Positions 49,861 through 59,419 of a stretch of 64,000 bases of DNA are shown in pieces. Under the pieces are notes generated by a model that worked only from the letters and a program-made list of their open reading frames with translations, made no database searches and was not told where the DNA came from. The first letter of the stretch is position 1, and every line of letters begins with the position of its first letter. Origin of the DNA: Candidatus Cloacimonadales bacterium (GTDB lineage Bacteria > Cloacimonadota > Cloacimonadia > Cloacimonadales > JAIOQZ01); assembly GCA_963665815.1 (NCBI GenBank), contig OY762463.1:1728001-1792000 (forward strand). Reading direction: 5' to 3'. The position numbers and the translations under genes were made by a program.

Positions 49861-50142
49861 ATGGGTTCAAGAACAAGCTTAATAGGTATGTTAATTAACG
49901 CTGGAATAAAGGCTGAAAAAGAAAGATTAAGGGAATTAAAAAGACAAGAGCGGGAAAACATCAAAAATGAAAAAGAAAGAATTAAACTTCTTAAACAAAT
50001 TGAAAAACAACGACAAATTGATTTAAAAGAACAATTCAAAAATGCACTTGAAGAGGAAAAAAAATCTTACGAGCAAAGGATTGTCTATAGACGTAATTTA
50101 AGAATTAAATTTTTGAATAGGGTTCAGGAGGTAAATTTATGA
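49861..50142 (+). CDS. Small charged coiled-coil protein
   Basis: AAGGAG RBS; K/E/R-rich; ATGA overlap with the next gene. Confidence 0.7.
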   Translation: MGSRTSLIGMLINAGIKAEKERLRELKRQERENIKNEKERIKLLKQIEKQRQIDLKEQFKNALEEEKKSYEQRIVYRRNLRIKFLNRVQEVNL

Positions 50143-51581
50143 TTACTAAATTTTTACTTTTTTTGTTCATAGTTCTCTCTATTGTATTTTTTGTTGCTGC
50201 TTCGTACTTTTACTATCAAGTATATTCTAAGAGAAAGAAAAAAAAATCATTACATAAAGAACTTAAAGATATATTTGACGAAATTGGAATGAAAAAGCAG
50301 GAAGTTAAAAAACTTGAGAGCAAAATGGCCAGAATGAATGAGGAATTTTCTCATCTGAAAGAGCTTGAGAAGAATGAGATTGCAATCAGAGATAGCTTGA
50401 AAATTTCAGAAAATAGCTTGATGATTATTAAAGAAGAAATTGCGACCTTTAGTAACAAAAAAAATCTCATATCAAAAGAACTGGAATTTATGAAAAGGGA
50501 TATATCACTTTATAAACCAGTACATAATTTGATTGAACTAGGCTTTACTGATGAACCTGAGTATTTACAAAATACAAGTGAGGTGTATAAGGAACAGTTA
50601 AAAGCCATACGTGAACGACAAAAAGAGTTAATTGCAAATCAGTCTGCAATAATTGTCCCGGAATCAATTGCACTAACCAATAATGGTGCTCATGCGAAAA
50701 AAGTACTGAATGGACAATCCAGACTAATGCTCAAAGCTCTAAATACAGAATGTGACCTGCTTTTATCTAAAGTTAAAACCAGTAACTACCCTCGAATTCT
50801 CGAGCGGATTGATAGGTTAGCAGGTACAATTGAAAAAGCTGCTGCATCGTTGAAATGTGGGTTCAGCAAGGAGTATATTGAACTCAAATATAAGGAATGT
50901 GAGCTTCAATATCATTATAAGCTTAAAGAAGCTCGAGAAAAAGAAGAACAGGCATTAATCAAGGAGCAGATGAAAGAAGAGCAAAAAGCAATTAAAGAAT
51001 TTGAAAGAGCTCTGGCAAAAGCCCAAAAAGAAGAGCAGATGTATAGAAAAGCGCTTGAGGATGTCAAAAATGAATTGACGCTAACCAGTGATAAAGATAG
51101 AAATATCCTTCTTGAAAAAATCAGCGTATTGGAAAAACAACTGCAAGAGGCAGAAGAAAATGAAAAAAGAGCTATAAGCATGGCAGAGCAAACCAAAAGA
51201 GGTCACGTGTATGTGATTAGCAATATAGGATCGTTCGGAGAAAATATCTATAAAATCGGATTGACCAGGCGATTGGAACCCCTTGATAGAGTAAAAGAAC
51301 TTGGAGGAGCCAGTGTTCCATTCTCTTTCGATGTTCATGCAATGATTTACAGTGAAGATGCTCCAGCTCTTGAATCGCAATTACATAGAGAGTTTTCAAA
51401 GTTTAGAGTTAATCAGGTGCAATTGAGAAAGGAATTCTTTGATGTTGATTTAGCTAAAATACGAGAAAAGGTCATTGAAATCACTGGAAATGAACTTGAT
51501 TTTAAAGTGACGGCATTAGCAGAAGACTATTATGAATCACTGGAAATACGTAGAAGTTTAGAGGCTAAAGCCGGATCATAA
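50139..51581 (+). CDS. Membrane-anchored DUF4041 plus T5orf172/GIY-YIG-like nuclease protein (PD-Lambda-1/SNIPE-like)
   Basis: N-terminal TM, long coiled coil, LMLKALNTECD, EYIELKYKE, EEQALIKEQMKEE, GHVYVISNIGSFGENIYKIGLTRR, SVPFSFDVHA, RKEFF. Confidence 0.85.
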   Translation: MITKFLLFLFIVLSIVFFVAASYFYYQVYSKRKKKKSLHKELKDIFDEIGMKKQEVKKLESKMARMNEEFSHLKELEKNEIAIRDSLKISENSLMIIKEEIATFSNKKNLISKELEFMKRDISLYKPVHNLIELGFTDEPEYLQNTSEVYKEQLKAIRERQKELIANQSAIIVPESIALTNNGAHAKKVLNGQSRLMLKALNTECDLLLSKVKTSNYPRILERIDRLAGTIEKAAASLKCGFSKEYIELKYKECELQYHYKLKEAREKEEQALIKEQMKEEQKAIKEFERALAKAQKEEQMYRKALEDVKNELTLTSDKDRNILLEKISVLEKQLQEAEENEKRAISMAEQTKRGHVYVISNIGSFGENIYKIGLTRRLEPLDRVKELGGASVPFSFDVHAMIYSEDAPALESQLHREFSKFRVNQVQLRKEFFDVDLAKIREKVIEITGNELDFKVTALAEDYYESLEIRRSLEAKAGS

Positions 51582-51608
51582 CTGTATATACAATGGTAAT
51601 ATTAAAGC

Positions 51609-51651
51609 AAAGACCGATAGAATTGATTAGTATCTCATCTGTCGGTCTTTT
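51609..51651 (+). terminator. Rho-independent terminator
   Basis: AAAGACCGATAGA...TCTGTCGGTCTTT followed by T. Confidence 0.65.
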
Positions 51652-51950
51652 ATATATTTAGTGCAACCTTAGAAATAGTATAACTGTAGTTTCAACTTTG
51701 ACAAAATCTTTTTTCTCAAATCCTTCTTTTTTTATTTACGTACCCACATTGAGTGCTACTAATAACCGATCTATCCAGTTTATTTTTTTTAATATCAGAA
51801 TTTTGCCTTATCCGGCAGATGTTTTTTGTTATTCTCTAAAGAACTACAGAATTTTCTTTACATCAATTGTACTCTTCTTTAGTTTTTTATCAGAACGTAA
51901 ATAAAAAATACAGAGTTGAATGCAGCTCTAAAAATAGAAAGGGGAATTGA

Positions 51951-53735
51951 ATGAAGAAAATACGTTTCATGGATACATCTTTCAGAGATGGGTTTCAATC
52001 GGTATTTGGTGCAAGAGTGAAAACAAAAGACTTCCTCCCGGCCATAGAAGCTTCTGTAGAAGCCGGTATCAATCACTTTGAATTTGGTGGTGGTGCCCGT
52101 TTCCAGAGTCTTTTCTTCTACTGTCAGGAAAGTGCTTTCGACATGATGGACCAGATCAGAATGACTGTAGGCCCCGAAATAGAGCTTCAAACGCTCGCCA
52201 GAGGAATCAATGTTGTTGGGCTGACTCAACAGCCTCGCGATATCATCAATATGCATGCTGAGCTGTTCAAGAAACACGGAACAACAACAATAAGAAACTT
52301 TGACGCACTTAATGATATGCGTAATCTTGATTATTCAGGAAACTGTATCAAAAATGCCGGATTAAACCACCAGATCACCATTGCTCTTATGGGTCTTCCT
52401 CCTGGAATTAAGGATACAACTGTTCACACTGCTGAATTCTACCTGGAAAAGCTTGATGAGATCAATAAACGTCAGATCCCATTCGATTCGATTGTGTTTA
52501 AAGATGCCAGTGGAACATGCCCACCGGAAATCGTCTATGAAACGGTTAAAGCAGCCAGAAAAAAAGTCGGTGACAAGGTAACTCTGTGGTATCATACTCA
52601 TGATACGGCCGGAATGGGAACAATCTGTCTTATGGCTGCCATCAGAGCCGGTATTGACGGAATCGACCTTGCTCAGGCTCCTGTATCCAGCGGAACGGGG
52701 CAACCTGACATACTTACTGTATGGCACACTCTAAAGCATACTGACTTCACTCTTGATATCGACTACGAAAAAGTCATCAGAGCAGAAAGAATCTTTGAAG
52801 AGTGCATGTCTAAATACATGATTCCACCTGAAGCAAAAAGAACTTCTCCAAACATCGTACTCTCCCCTATGCCCGGTGGTGCTCTCACTGCCAACACTAT
52901 GATGATGCGAGACACAAACACCCTGCACCTATACCCTAAAGTGATTAATGAAATGGCAGAGGTTGTAGCAAAAGGCGGTTACGGCACAAGTGTCACACCA
53001 GTATCTCAATTTTACTTCCAGCAATCCTTCATGAATGTTGTACAGGGAAAATGGAAAAAAATCACCAAAGGCTACGGAAACATGGTTCTTGGTTATTATG
53101 GAACAACTCCAAGAGAACCTGATTCTGAAATTGTAAAACTTGCATCTGATCAGCTTAAAAAACCTATATTTAAAGACAATCCGTTAGATATTCTTGAACC
53201 GGGAATACCAAATGCAAAAGATATTCTGGAAGAAAACGACATTACACAAACTGATGAAAATATATTTATAGTTGCAACCTGCCTTAATAAAGGACTTGAT
53301 TACCTCAAAGGCAATGCTCCACTTTCCATATATTACAAAGAAGACAAGAAGGAAGAACCGGCAAAACCTGTTGTACAAAAAGCTGAAGCTGAAGAATCAA
53401 TTGTTATAGAGATTCAGGGGAAAGGTATAAATCTGTCCATCACAGGTGATGAGAAGAGCAAATCAGGAGTTAAGGTTACGAGAAAGACCGTCGGCAAAGA
53501 TGCACCAAAAGGAAAATCCGTCGGTAAAGATGTAATTTCTCCTATGCCGGGAAGGATAAAAAAAGTAAAATTTTCTGAAGGCAATGAAGTAAAGGAAAAT
53601 GATGTAGTAGTAATCATTGAATTCATGAACATGGAAAATGAGATAAAAGCATATTACTCAGGTAAAATTGCGACTCTCTATGTGGAGAAAGGTCAATTTG
53701 TTGATCAGGGAAATAAACTGTTTCGCATAATGTAA
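51951..53735 (+). CDS. Pyruvate carboxylase subunit B / oxaloacetate decarboxylase alpha-like carboxyltransferase with degenerate biotinyl domain
   Basis: FRDGFQS, GGGARF, RNFDALND, FKDASG, HTHDT, MPGG, VTPVSQ; C-terminal SPMPG...EFMNMENEI. Confidence 0.85.
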   Translation: MKKIRFMDTSFRDGFQSVFGARVKTKDFLPAIEASVEAGINHFEFGGGARFQSLFFYCQESAFDMMDQIRMTVGPEIELQTLARGINVVGLTQQPRDIINMHAELFKKHGTTTIRNFDALNDMRNLDYSGNCIKNAGLNHQITIALMGLPPGIKDTTVHTAEFYLEKLDEINKRQIPFDSIVFKDASGTCPPEIVYETVKAARKKVGDKVTLWYHTHDTAGMGTICLMAAIRAGIDGIDLAQAPVSSGTGQPDILTVWHTLKHTDFTLDIDYEKVIRAERIFEECMSKYMIPPEAKRTSPNIVLSPMPGGALTANTMMMRDTNTLHLYPKVINEMAEVVAKGGYGTSVTPVSQFYFQQSFMNVVQGKWKKITKGYGNMVLGYYGTTPREPDSEIVKLASDQLKKPIFKDNPLDILEPGIPNAKDILEENDITQTDENIFIVATCLNKGLDYLKGNAPLSIYYKEDKKEEPAKPVVQKAEAEESIVIEIQGKGINLSITGDEKSKSGVKVTRKTVGKDAPKGKSVGKDVISPMPGRIKKVKFSEGNEVKENDVVVIIEFMNMENEIKAYYSGKIATLYVEKGQFVDQGNKLFRIM

Positions 53736-53784
53736 ACTTGACACAGCGACTTAAATCCCAAGTTTTGTGTTCAAGGAGATGTAT

Positions 53785-54213
53785 ATGAGATATAGAATTG
53801 CACTTATTTATGTTGTGATAATGATCGGATTATTCGGATGCTCTCGTGGAAAAGTCAAGAAAGACTTTACCGGAACATGGATTCCTGTAGACGTTGAAGT
53901 AAGCTTTTTTCAGGAAGGTTTTCAGATAGATGAATTTATTCAACCAACTCTTGTGGAAGCTGAAGAAACGATTTACACATTTCACTCTGACGGAACTGTA
54001 GAGCTCAAGTTAGTTGACTCAATCAAAACCGGAAAATGGAAATCTAAGTATTTCTCAAATACCGAGCGTGAAGTGATTATTCTTTTGTTTAAAGGTGAAA
54101 GAGAAAAGATACTTGAAGTTGTTTCCAAAAGTGAAGAAGAATTAGTTGCCAAAAGTGAATTCGCTACTGGCTATTTCACTATCAAATTCGAAAAAGAATT
54201 TGCTACTCAATAA
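53785..54213 (+). CDS. Lipoprotein with lipocalin-like fold
   Basis: Lipobox LFGC; FTGTW, TFHSDGT, GKW. Confidence 0.6.
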   Translation: MRYRIALIYVVIMIGLFGCSRGKVKKDFTGTWIPVDVEVSFFQEGFQIDEFIQPTLVEAEETIYTFHSDGTVELKLVDSIKTGKWKSKYFSNTEREVIILLFKGEREKILEVVSKSEEELVAKSEFATGYFTIKFEKEFATQ

Positions 54214-54925
54214 ATCTTTTAATAGAATCGACGAACTTCTTATTGTTCAGAATCATTTTTGTTCTGTTCATATCATTAAGATCTTTGTCGATTCTTTTTG
54301 CTTTATTAAGATATTTCTCAGCAGATTCCAGTAGATAGAAATATTCGGCAAATTTCTGCTTTGTTTCCTCTGTATAATCAATTTTATCTCTACCGGCTTT
54401 CATTGTTTCAATTTTGTTTATTCTTACATGGTATGCGGCAAGACGTTTGAATTCAAGAATAGTAAAGTATCCCATATTGTTAAATTGCCATGCTTCAATA
54501 TCAGGTTTTCCAAGCAGATTAGCACATCTTGCGGCAATCTTCAAATCCTCAATCTGAGCAGGGAAATTGTTTTCATTCCTGTGTGTTTCCAGATCAGCCT
54601 TTGCTTCTCTGTACTTTTCCCACAATTCATAATCGGATAATTGAGTAAGTTCTTCAGCAATTACGTCCTCGGATGCCTCCTCTTCAGATTCATCAGCATC
54701 TTCCACTGCAGCAGTATCTTTATCAGAGCTGTCATTAACAGTCTTCTGCAATGAATCCTGTGATTCCGTCAAAGTGTCATCTTCAATAGTTGTAACATGA
54801 TTATACTCGGTATGTTCCTGCTCAATGTGTTTCTTTTCACCACTACAGGATACTATGCCTGCTAAAAGCCCGGCAATAATTATTCCTAAAAGAATCGCTA
54901 AATATTGTCTCTTATACATATCCAT
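54203..54925 (-). CDS. Hypothetical lipoprotein with acidic linker and helical (TPR-like) domain
   Basis: Lipobox IVSC; D/E-rich stretch; TAATG coupling to the HAD gene. Confidence 0.6.
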   Translation of the reverse strand: MDMYKRQYLAILLGIIIAGLLAGIVSCSGEKKHIEQEHTEYNHVTTIEDDTLTESQDSLQKTVNDSSDKDTAAVEDADESEEEASEDVIAEELTQLSDYELWEKYREAKADLETHRNENNFPAQIEDLKIAARCANLLGKPDIEAWQFNNMGYFTILEFKRLAAYHVRINKIETMKAGRDKIDYTEETKQKFAEYFYLLESAEKYLNKAKRIDKDLNDMNRTKMILNNKKFVDSIKRFIE

Positions 54926-55590
54926 TAAAAAATATAATCATTATCCGTTTTAAGCAAAGTATTAAAATCTTTCACAAAATAATCTGCAGTTTCCTTAATA
55001 CTTTCCCATTCGGCAGGGTTATTTTCATCAAGAACAGCTATAACAGTCATTCCTGCAGCCTTAGCTGCCTGTACACCAGCCAGGACATCTTCAAATACAA
55101 GACAATCCTGTGGATCAACCTTCATGTTTTCGGCTGCTTTCAGGAAGATATCAGGAAACGGTTTCCCTTTTATATTCTCGTTTCCATATACTATGGACTC
55201 AAAGAAATTCAAAGCATTATTCGCTTTCAACGCAGTTAATGTCAATTCTTCCGTATTACTTGTACCAATTGAGACAGGTATATTTCTTTCTCTCAGGAAC
55301 TTCAGCATTTCACATGCTCCGGGTTTCATCCTGACACTGTTATCATAATGCTCTTTGACCATCAAAGTCCATTCATTCATTATTTCTTCCGGTGTCTCCT
55401 GAAGATCAAACTTCCTTTTAAAATACAACGCCATCTCAACATAATTGTTACCACCGTCAAGGTCTTCAAACAAATTATCAGGCACGTCGATATTTCTCTT
55501 TGTGAGGAATTCTTTGTCAACAGAATTCCATATTCCCATTGAATCTATCAGTGTTCCGTCCAGATCAAATATTACAGCTTTATACTTCAT
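54925..55590 (-). CDS. HAD-family phosphatase (beta-PGM/CbbY-like)
   Basis: FDLDGTLIDS, GTS, KPFPDIF, FED...GVQAA. Confidence 0.9.
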   Translation of the reverse strand: MKYKAVIFDLDGTLIDSMGIWNSVDKEFLTKRNIDVPDNLFEDLDGGNNYVEMALYFKRKFDLQETPEEIMNEWTLMVKEHYDNSVRMKPGACEMLKFLRERNIPVSIGTSNTEELTLTALKANNALNFFESIVYGNENIKGKPFPDIFLKAAENMKVDPQDCLVFEDVLAGVQAAKAAGMTVIAVLDENNPAEWESIKETADYFVKDFNTLLKTDNDYIF

Positions 55591-55601
55591 ACAGTCTCCA
55601 T

Positions 55602-56573
55602 TTACTTAAGCAGTCTCTGCCTGATTCTTGAACTGAACATGTCCATTATCCAGACAGTTGCAGCAATCATCCACATTATCATTCCCACGTTTCTCCAGGC
55701 AAGTAATCCCTGCTGCTGCTGAAGAAACAGACCTATACCGCCACCACCGACAAAACCGACGATGGTAGCCATTCTCACGTTAATATCCCAGCGATATATT
55801 GTAAATGCCAGGAAAGGTGTCAAAATCTGTGGTGTAACAGCATAAATCCAAACTTGTAGTGTTGTTGCACCTGTAGACTTTATTGCATCTACAGGTCCGT
55901 TATCTATATTTTCAATCTGCTCTGAAAACAGCTTCGTCAAAGCAGCTATTGAATGTATCATTAAAGCCAGCATCCCAGCAAATGGCCCTATACCAACCCA
56001 GACACTAAAGATAATCGCCCAGACTATTGCTTCAATAGACCTGCCTATTGTTGCAAATGTCCTCACAATATAATATATAATCCGTGTCAGCCAGTTATGA
56101 ATCATAAGATTACGGGCAGCAATAAAGCTGAAAACAAAGGCAAACGGGACAGCAAACAATGTTGCAAGCAACGCAAGAAATATTGTTTCTGCAAGTGCTG
56201 CAGCATATACTCTGAATTCTGTAAAATCAGGATTGATCAAACCTTTAACAATATTGCCCGACCTCATGAATCTGGTAAAAAACTTCACCGGGTCAATCTC
56301 AACTATCTTCCAGCCTACAACTAATGTAAGCAGAAGAATAAATGCCACTGACCAGAACCAGAAAGACTTACTCCAGACAGCATTTCCTCCGCTACCGAAC
56401 AATTTGTGAACGGGAGATCTGCCGGAAACAGTAAAGACGAGTGTAAAAAATGCTGTAGCTGCATAAAAAATAAATACCGGATTTATCAGTTCATGTGTTA
56501 TATAGGTAATGCAACCGGAGATATATGCACTCAGAATAAGATTCCAGATAAAGATCTGCATAATGCGTTTCAT
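55602..56573 (-). CDS. phnE: Phosphonate/phosphite ABC transporter permease
   Basis: ET..LA, AARN, GPFAGMLAL, KLFSEQIE, YRWDINVR, VGGGGIG. Confidence 0.9.
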   Translation of the reverse strand: MKRIMQIFIWNLILSAYISGCITYITHELINPVFIFYAATAFFTLVFTVSGRSPVHKLFGSGGNAVWSKSFWFWSVAFILLLTLVVGWKIVEIDPVKFFTRFMRSGNIVKGLINPDFTEFRVYAAALAETIFLALLATLFAVPFAFVFSFIAARNLMIHNWLTRIIYYIVRTFATIGRSIEAIVWAIIFSVWVGIGPFAGMLALMIHSIAALTKLFSEQIENIDNGPVDAIKSTGATTLQVWIYAVTPQILTPFLAFTIYRWDINVRMATIVGFVGGGGIGLFLQQQQGLLAWRNVGMIMWMIAATVWIMDMFSSRIRQRLLK

Positions 56574-57322
56574 CTGATTTCCACCTTAGCTGCGTCTTCC
56601 CCATATATATTCCTGAACACTTCGTCCGTTATCTCATCCGGTTTACCATCAAAACGGACTTTTCCGTCTTTCAAAGCAACAACCCTTGTTCCGTACTTCC
56701 TGGCAAGACTCAGAAAATGCAGAGAACAGATAACTGTTTTGCCTTCGCTGCTGTTAATATCACCAAGATACTTCATTACACTGTCGGCAGTAGCCGGATC
56801 AAGACTTGCTACGGGTTCATCTGCCAGAATCAGTTCTGGATTCTGCATTAGAACTCTGGCAATAGCAACCCTCTGCTGCTGTCCACCGGAGAGTTTTCCT
56901 GCCTTCTGAAATTTCTGTTTTTCCAACCCGACACGTTTCAGGCAATCCTCTGCTTTTTGCCTGTCCGAGTTTGACCAGACAAGTGTTTTTATACCTGATC
57001 TGGAACCAAGTGCACCGGTTAAAACATTTCTGATAGAACTGAGATTGTTAATCAGATTGAATTGCTGGAAAATCATACCAATCTTTATTCTGTATTGCCT
57101 AAGTTCATCTGACTTCAGACTAAGAACATCGATTGAGTTATAATTTATTGATCCACCGGTAGGTTCAATAAGCCTGTTTATTGACCGTAATAATGTAGAT
57201 TTCCCGGAACCTGAAAGTCCAAGCAGAACAATGAATTCACCTTTTTCAACCTTCAGGTCAATTCCTTTCAGACCGTAGTTGCCTTCAGGAAACCTCATTT
57301 CAAGATTTTCTATTGTAAGCAT
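56570..57322 (-). CDS. phnC: Phosphonate/phosphite ABC transporter ATPase
   Basis: GLSGSGKST, FQQFNL, LSGGQQQRVAIAR, LADEPVASLDP, SLH. Confidence 0.92.
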   Translation of the reverse strand: MLTIENLEMRFPEGNYGLKGIDLKVEKGEFIVLLGLSGSGKSTLLRSINRLIEPTGGSINYNSIDVLSLKSDELRQYRIKIGMIFQQFNLINNLSSIRNVLTGALGSRSGIKTLVWSNSDRQKAEDCLKRVGLEKQKFQKAGKLSGGQQQRVAIARVLMQNPELILADEPVASLDPATADSVMKYLGDINSSEGKTVICSLHFLSLARKYGTRVVALKDGKVRFDGKPDEITDEVFRNIYGEDAAKVEIR

Positions 57323-57337
57323 TATATATTGACTTTC

Positions 57338-58255
57338 TTATTTATTAACAAAATCTGAAGCTGATTTTCCAAGTGTTTCCAGAGTTTTTCGGACAACATC
57401 GTAATCTGAGTTTTTAGCTTTAATCAGTCCATCAATATTATAAAGCTTATCCATCACTTTTCTTCCCTGTTCGGTGTCTACCAACTTGAGCATTCCAGTA
57501 ATCAGGTTTTGCTTCATTGTTTCATCGAACTTTTCACGGAAAGTAACTGTATCGTTTGGGATCCACTCTGTGAAACCGATTGGGACCACCACTTCCATAA
57601 CATCAGGCAAAGTTTTAAGGACTGATCTTCTGGCATCCTGAGGAATACCTGTTTTATCAATTGGCGACCAGTATGTACAACCTACATCTACATTTCCGTT
57701 GTATACTGCTAATATAGCCTGAGGATGTCCACCTGCAAAAATCTCTTTACTTGTTTCTATCCCATTCTGATGTAAAATTGCTGACGGATAAATATAACCG
57801 GATGTTGAAGCAACATCGGTATATGCAATTGTTTTTCCTGCAATATCTTCAATTTTCTTAATATCGCTGTCTGCTCTTGCAACAAACTGTCCTCGGTAGC
57901 TATGCAATCCTTTTCTTACTGTCATCAGTTCAACATCAGCATTGTATTTTTCATGTGCCATTATGTAGGCAAATGTAGGCAGCCAGGCAATATCACATTC
58001 TCCTGTTCCCAGTGCTTCAATCACTGCAGCGTAGCTCAAAGGAACAACAACCTTAATGTGAAGCCCAGTAAGCTCGAGGAGTCTGTCTGCAATTACTTTT
58101 CCGGAGGATACCACATTGGCAGCTTCCATTGAAGGAACAAAATACATTTTTATCGGGTTTTTCTCAGAACCCAGTTCAGCTTTATTCTCTGAACAGCTCA
58201 TTATAAACAAACTTGCTATAATTACAAAAACAATGTATAAATAATATTTTTTCAA
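57338..58255 (-). CDS. phnD: Phosphonate/phosphate-ester ABC substrate-binding lipoprotein
   Basis: TTG start, lipobox IMSC; SYAAVIEAL, ASTSGY, GGH, IPND. Confidence 0.88.
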   Translation of the reverse strand: MKKYYLYIVFVIIASLFIMSCSENKAELGSEKNPIKMYFVPSMEAANVVSSGKVIADRLLELTGLHIKVVVPLSYAAVIEALGTGECDIAWLPTFAYIMAHEKYNADVELMTVRKGLHSYRGQFVARADSDIKKIEDIAGKTIAYTDVASTSGYIYPSAILHQNGIETSKEIFAGGHPQAILAVYNGNVDVGCTYWSPIDKTGIPQDARRSVLKTLPDVMEVVVPIGFTEWIPNDTVTFREKFDETMKQNLITGMLKLVDTEQGRKVMDKLYNIDGLIKAKNSDYDVVRKTLETLGKSASDFVNK

Positions 58256-58268
58256 TCTAACCTCTTAT

Positions 58269-58502
58269 CTATTTAAGTCTCTCTCTAACTTCCTTAACCA
58301 TTTTGAAGTAAATTACAGGTCCGATAATCTCAATTAAAGCAACAAAACGCCACAGAAGTTTTGGACCAACTATTTCTTTCCTATCTCTCTTAGTAATATC
58401 TACCTGAGCAATAATCATAAGGATTAATGCTATTGAACCGAAAAAAGCAGCTCCGATTTTTGCCGGAAGCGGTATTTCTTTCCATTTTATATTCAGTCTC
58501 AT
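58269..58502 (-). CDS. Small PLDc_N-like membrane protein
   Basis: ATG 58502 follows GGAGG; A..DI.KR...G.K.LW......IIGP..YF pattern. Confidence 0.65.
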   Translation of the reverse strand: MRLNIKWKEIPLPAKIGAAFFGSIALILMIIAQVDITKRDRKEIVGPKLLWRFVALIEIIGPVIYFKMVKEVRERLK

Positions 58503-58809
58503 ATTTTCCTCCATTATTAAACAATATAAAAGAAAATAAATGTCAAGAAAAAGCAAAAAGAAAAGATGAGTATCAATCAGATGTTATCCTTAAGTGATAT
58601 TTATAGATACGAAATCTATCAACATCAAAGAGATTGAGTTCCCGTTTGAAAACCAGCATCAGCTCTGTAGAACAATATTTGAGAAAGCAAGGCAATCTTT
58701 TGGTTTGTATATGCTAATTTGAAAATAAAACTTGATTTATTTTTATTTGATTTCAAACATGTAATTAATTTTGGTGGGTTGGACCCGTAATATAAGTTTG
58801 GAGATAAGT

Positions 58810-59189
58810 ATGCCATTAAAGTTCACTGCTAATCAAGATAAGGGTTACTTTCAGATAGAATTTTATGGAAAAATTTCTGATGAGGATCTTATTAAAAGCT
58901 ATAATTTTTTTTCTCAGAAAGATGGATTCCCGGATATAATGAGTTTGTCGACCTTAGTGATGCAGACATTGTTAGCTTATCCAGTGAAGCGATAAGAGAT
59001 TTAGTTTCAATGACTGAATCTGCATATACGACCCAAGATGTATCTGGTGTAAGAATAGCAATTTACTCTCCAACCGATCTACCTTATGGTTTATCCAGAA
59101 TGTACAGAGCAATGCAAAATGAATCTTTGCAGACAATTGAAGTTTTCAGATCTAAAGATGATGCAATATCATGGGTTGAAACATCTTAA
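58810..59189 (+). pseudogene. STAS/SpoIIAA-like gene split by a frameshift in a T8 tract
   Basis: GGAG RBS and ATG 58810. Adding one T at 58905-58912 joins MPLKF...SYNFF to SERWIPGYNEFVDLS...RIAIY...YGLSRMY...VFRSKDDAISWVETS*. Confidence 0.8.
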
Positions 59190-59419
59190 ATATAGTACTA
59201 CTATAGCGACTGTGAATTAATAGATTATTTATTACTTATCTGAAGATCGGTATTAACTCACTTCTTGTATCAGAGGGCTAAGTTATAATGGCTTGGTAAA
59301 AAGGCTTGAACTCCCGCTTGAATCCTGAAATCACCTGCCCATACAAATAACGAAAGAGGAAGAAAGTCTATCTCAATCTATCGACTGATACAAACTCACT
59401 TCCTCTTCTCCGAGATTAT

